Virus record (IMG/VR): IMGVR_UViG_3300043464_001367
Location: 1 to 61,911 of that record
Reading direction: 5' to 3' (one strand)
DNA: 61,911 bases
DNA from: a virus
Lineage: Duplodnaviria; Caudoviricetes
The position numbers and the translations under genes are program-made. Numbering within the stretch: the stretch's first letter is position 1; the number at the start of each line of letters is the position of its first letter. The notes under the pieces are model-generated. The model was not told the origin of the DNA and did no database searches. It was given only the letters and a program-made list of their open reading frames with translations. Shown piece after piece: positions 60,723 through 61,911 of the stretch.

Positions 60723-61911
60723 ATGAGCATTCAACGCATCAACCCAGACGACATTGAAGTTTTCACACTGACAACCAACCCTCCAAGGACGTTCAACTCA
60801 AGTTCTCAGGGCGTTGTCAGTGGATCTCTTTATGTTTTCCCACGCAGATCTCCATTTGAGAAAGAGGTTCACCCGCTTTCTATGTTTTCTGGGTCGTTTG
60901 TTGATAGAGACTTGGATGTGATCAGGCGCAACATCGTTCAAAGCACAAACACGAACAAAGCAAATGCCCTGCAAACATATCTGAAGAACGTCAACTCTCA
61001 GTCTGTTTCTTTGAGAAAACAACAAACCGTTGAAGTGATAAGGTTTGAACCAACTGCCAGGTTTAGTTCAAACAGCATTAGAAAAACAGTTGTGATCAAC
61101 AACCTGATGCCCTTCTATCGAAGCGTCTATCCTGAAGCTCACTATGCGTTCACCAACTATCACTCCCTGAACTTCCTGACAGGCTCAGGAGTGCCGTCTG
61201 ATACCGCTCTGATCTATGCAGACCCCGATCATCAGTATGCTGTAACGGGGGCCTTCTCGTTCGATTTCTGGATCAACCCAAGATACAAAAATGACTTTCC
61301 TGGTGCTGGCTTCAAAGCAGGAACAATCTTCCACAGATCATCCTCCTACGCTGTTTCCTTGATATCAGGATCGTCCAGAGATCACAATGGGTATGTTGAT
61401 GGTTTCAAGCTTGTTTTGCAGCTAAGTCAGAGCGCAGAGATAAAACCATCTCTGGCAACACCAGGAACAGGCTCAAGTCAATTTGTCTTTGTGTCTAATG
61501 ACAATGCTTTGAGAAGAAACACATGGCATCATGTGACAATAAGATGGGGCACTGAAAACATCAACCAGGGTTCTGGCTCGTTTCTTGTTGATGGCGTGGA
61601 AAAAGGATCATTTGTCATCAGTTCTTCCCTAACAGACTATCATGACGAGAACTGCTTGGTGATTGGAAACTTTTTTGATGGTTCAAACAATCCTTTGTTT
61701 TTCAGCAATGAGGTTGCCGAGAGAGATGGTTTGACTGAGTTGATCCCAGGAACAGGTACGGCTCCAACAAACTATGCCTTTGAGCATGGGTTGAATGCCG
61801 AGATCCACGAACTGAAGCTTTACAGCCGTTTCCTGAATGATACAGAAGTGTCATTCCTTCAAACTCAAGGCCCTGTTTCTGGGACTGACTATCTTCACAG
61901 TGGGTTGCAAT
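60723..61911 (+). CDS. LamG-domain structural protein, truncated by window edge
   Basis: Manual translation MSIQRINPDD..FSFDFWINP..WHHVTIRW..FLVDG..EIHELKLY; TACTTA at 60703-60708. Confidence 0.75.
   Translation, partial: MSIQRINPDDIEVFTLTTNPPRTFNSSSQGVVSGSLYVFPRRSPFEKEVHPLSMFSGSFVDRDLDVIRRNIVQSTNTNKANALQTYLKNVNSQSVSLRKQQTVEVIRFEPTARFSSNSIRKTVVINNLMPFYRSVYPEAHYAFTNYHSLNFLTGSGVPSDTALIYADPDHQYAVTGAFSFDFWINPRYKNDFPGAGFKAGTIFHRSSSYAVSLISGSSRDHNGYVDGFKLVLQLSQSAEIKPSLATPGTGSSQFVFVSNDNALRRNTWHHVTIRWGTENINQGSGSFLVDGVEKGSFVISSSLTDYHDENCLVIGNFFDGSNNPLFFSNEVAERDGLTELIPGTGTAPTNYAFEHGLNAEIHELKLYSRFLNDTEVSFLQTQGPVSGTDYLHSGLQ

Noticed and set aside
456-61025. Numerous antisense or alternate-frame ORFs in the track (e.g. 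4173-4892 +, 11221-11859 -, 13085-13624 -)
   Set aside because: They fully overlap well-supported genes, lack RBS or motifs, and are typical shadow ORFs.
1-61911. Stop-codon reassignment, tRNA or rRNA genes, reverse transcriptase/DGR
   Set aside because: Genes are full-length under the standard code with TAA, TAG and TGA all used as stops; intergenic gaps are short and no such elements were recognised by eye.

Overview
A 61.9 kb segment of a large T4-like (myovirus-type, probably jumbo) bacteriophage genome using the standard genetic code. Left (minus strand, 1-9663): head module with portal, prohead protease, scaffold, major capsid protein (MCP) and a stand-alone partial MCP paralogue. Middle (plus strand, ~9.7-36.2 kb): GapR/DsbA-like DNA-binding protein, GroEL, Dps-like ferritin, Prim-Pol, IMPDH/GMP reductase, PD-(D/E)XK nuclease, a large glycosylation cluster (about 7 glycosyltransferases, radical SAM, methyltransferase, UDP-glucose dehydrogenase invaded by a GIY-YIG homing endonuclease) and a phage sigma factor. 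Right (36.3-61.9 kb): baseplate/tail module. A TANTTA motif precedes most structural transcription units and is a likely late promoter. The most unusual observation is a set of 48-80 aa mini-genes, three of them absent from the supplied ORF track, inserted among the glycosylation genes. Each carries a short copy of a conserved segment of the phage's own MCP or portal protein, and four of them are joined to a shared Lxx(K/M)(L/I)xK(A/S)GLK(I/V) module. These are candidate structural-protein decoys or assembly inhibitors. All family assignments are by eye from motifs; no database searches were run.
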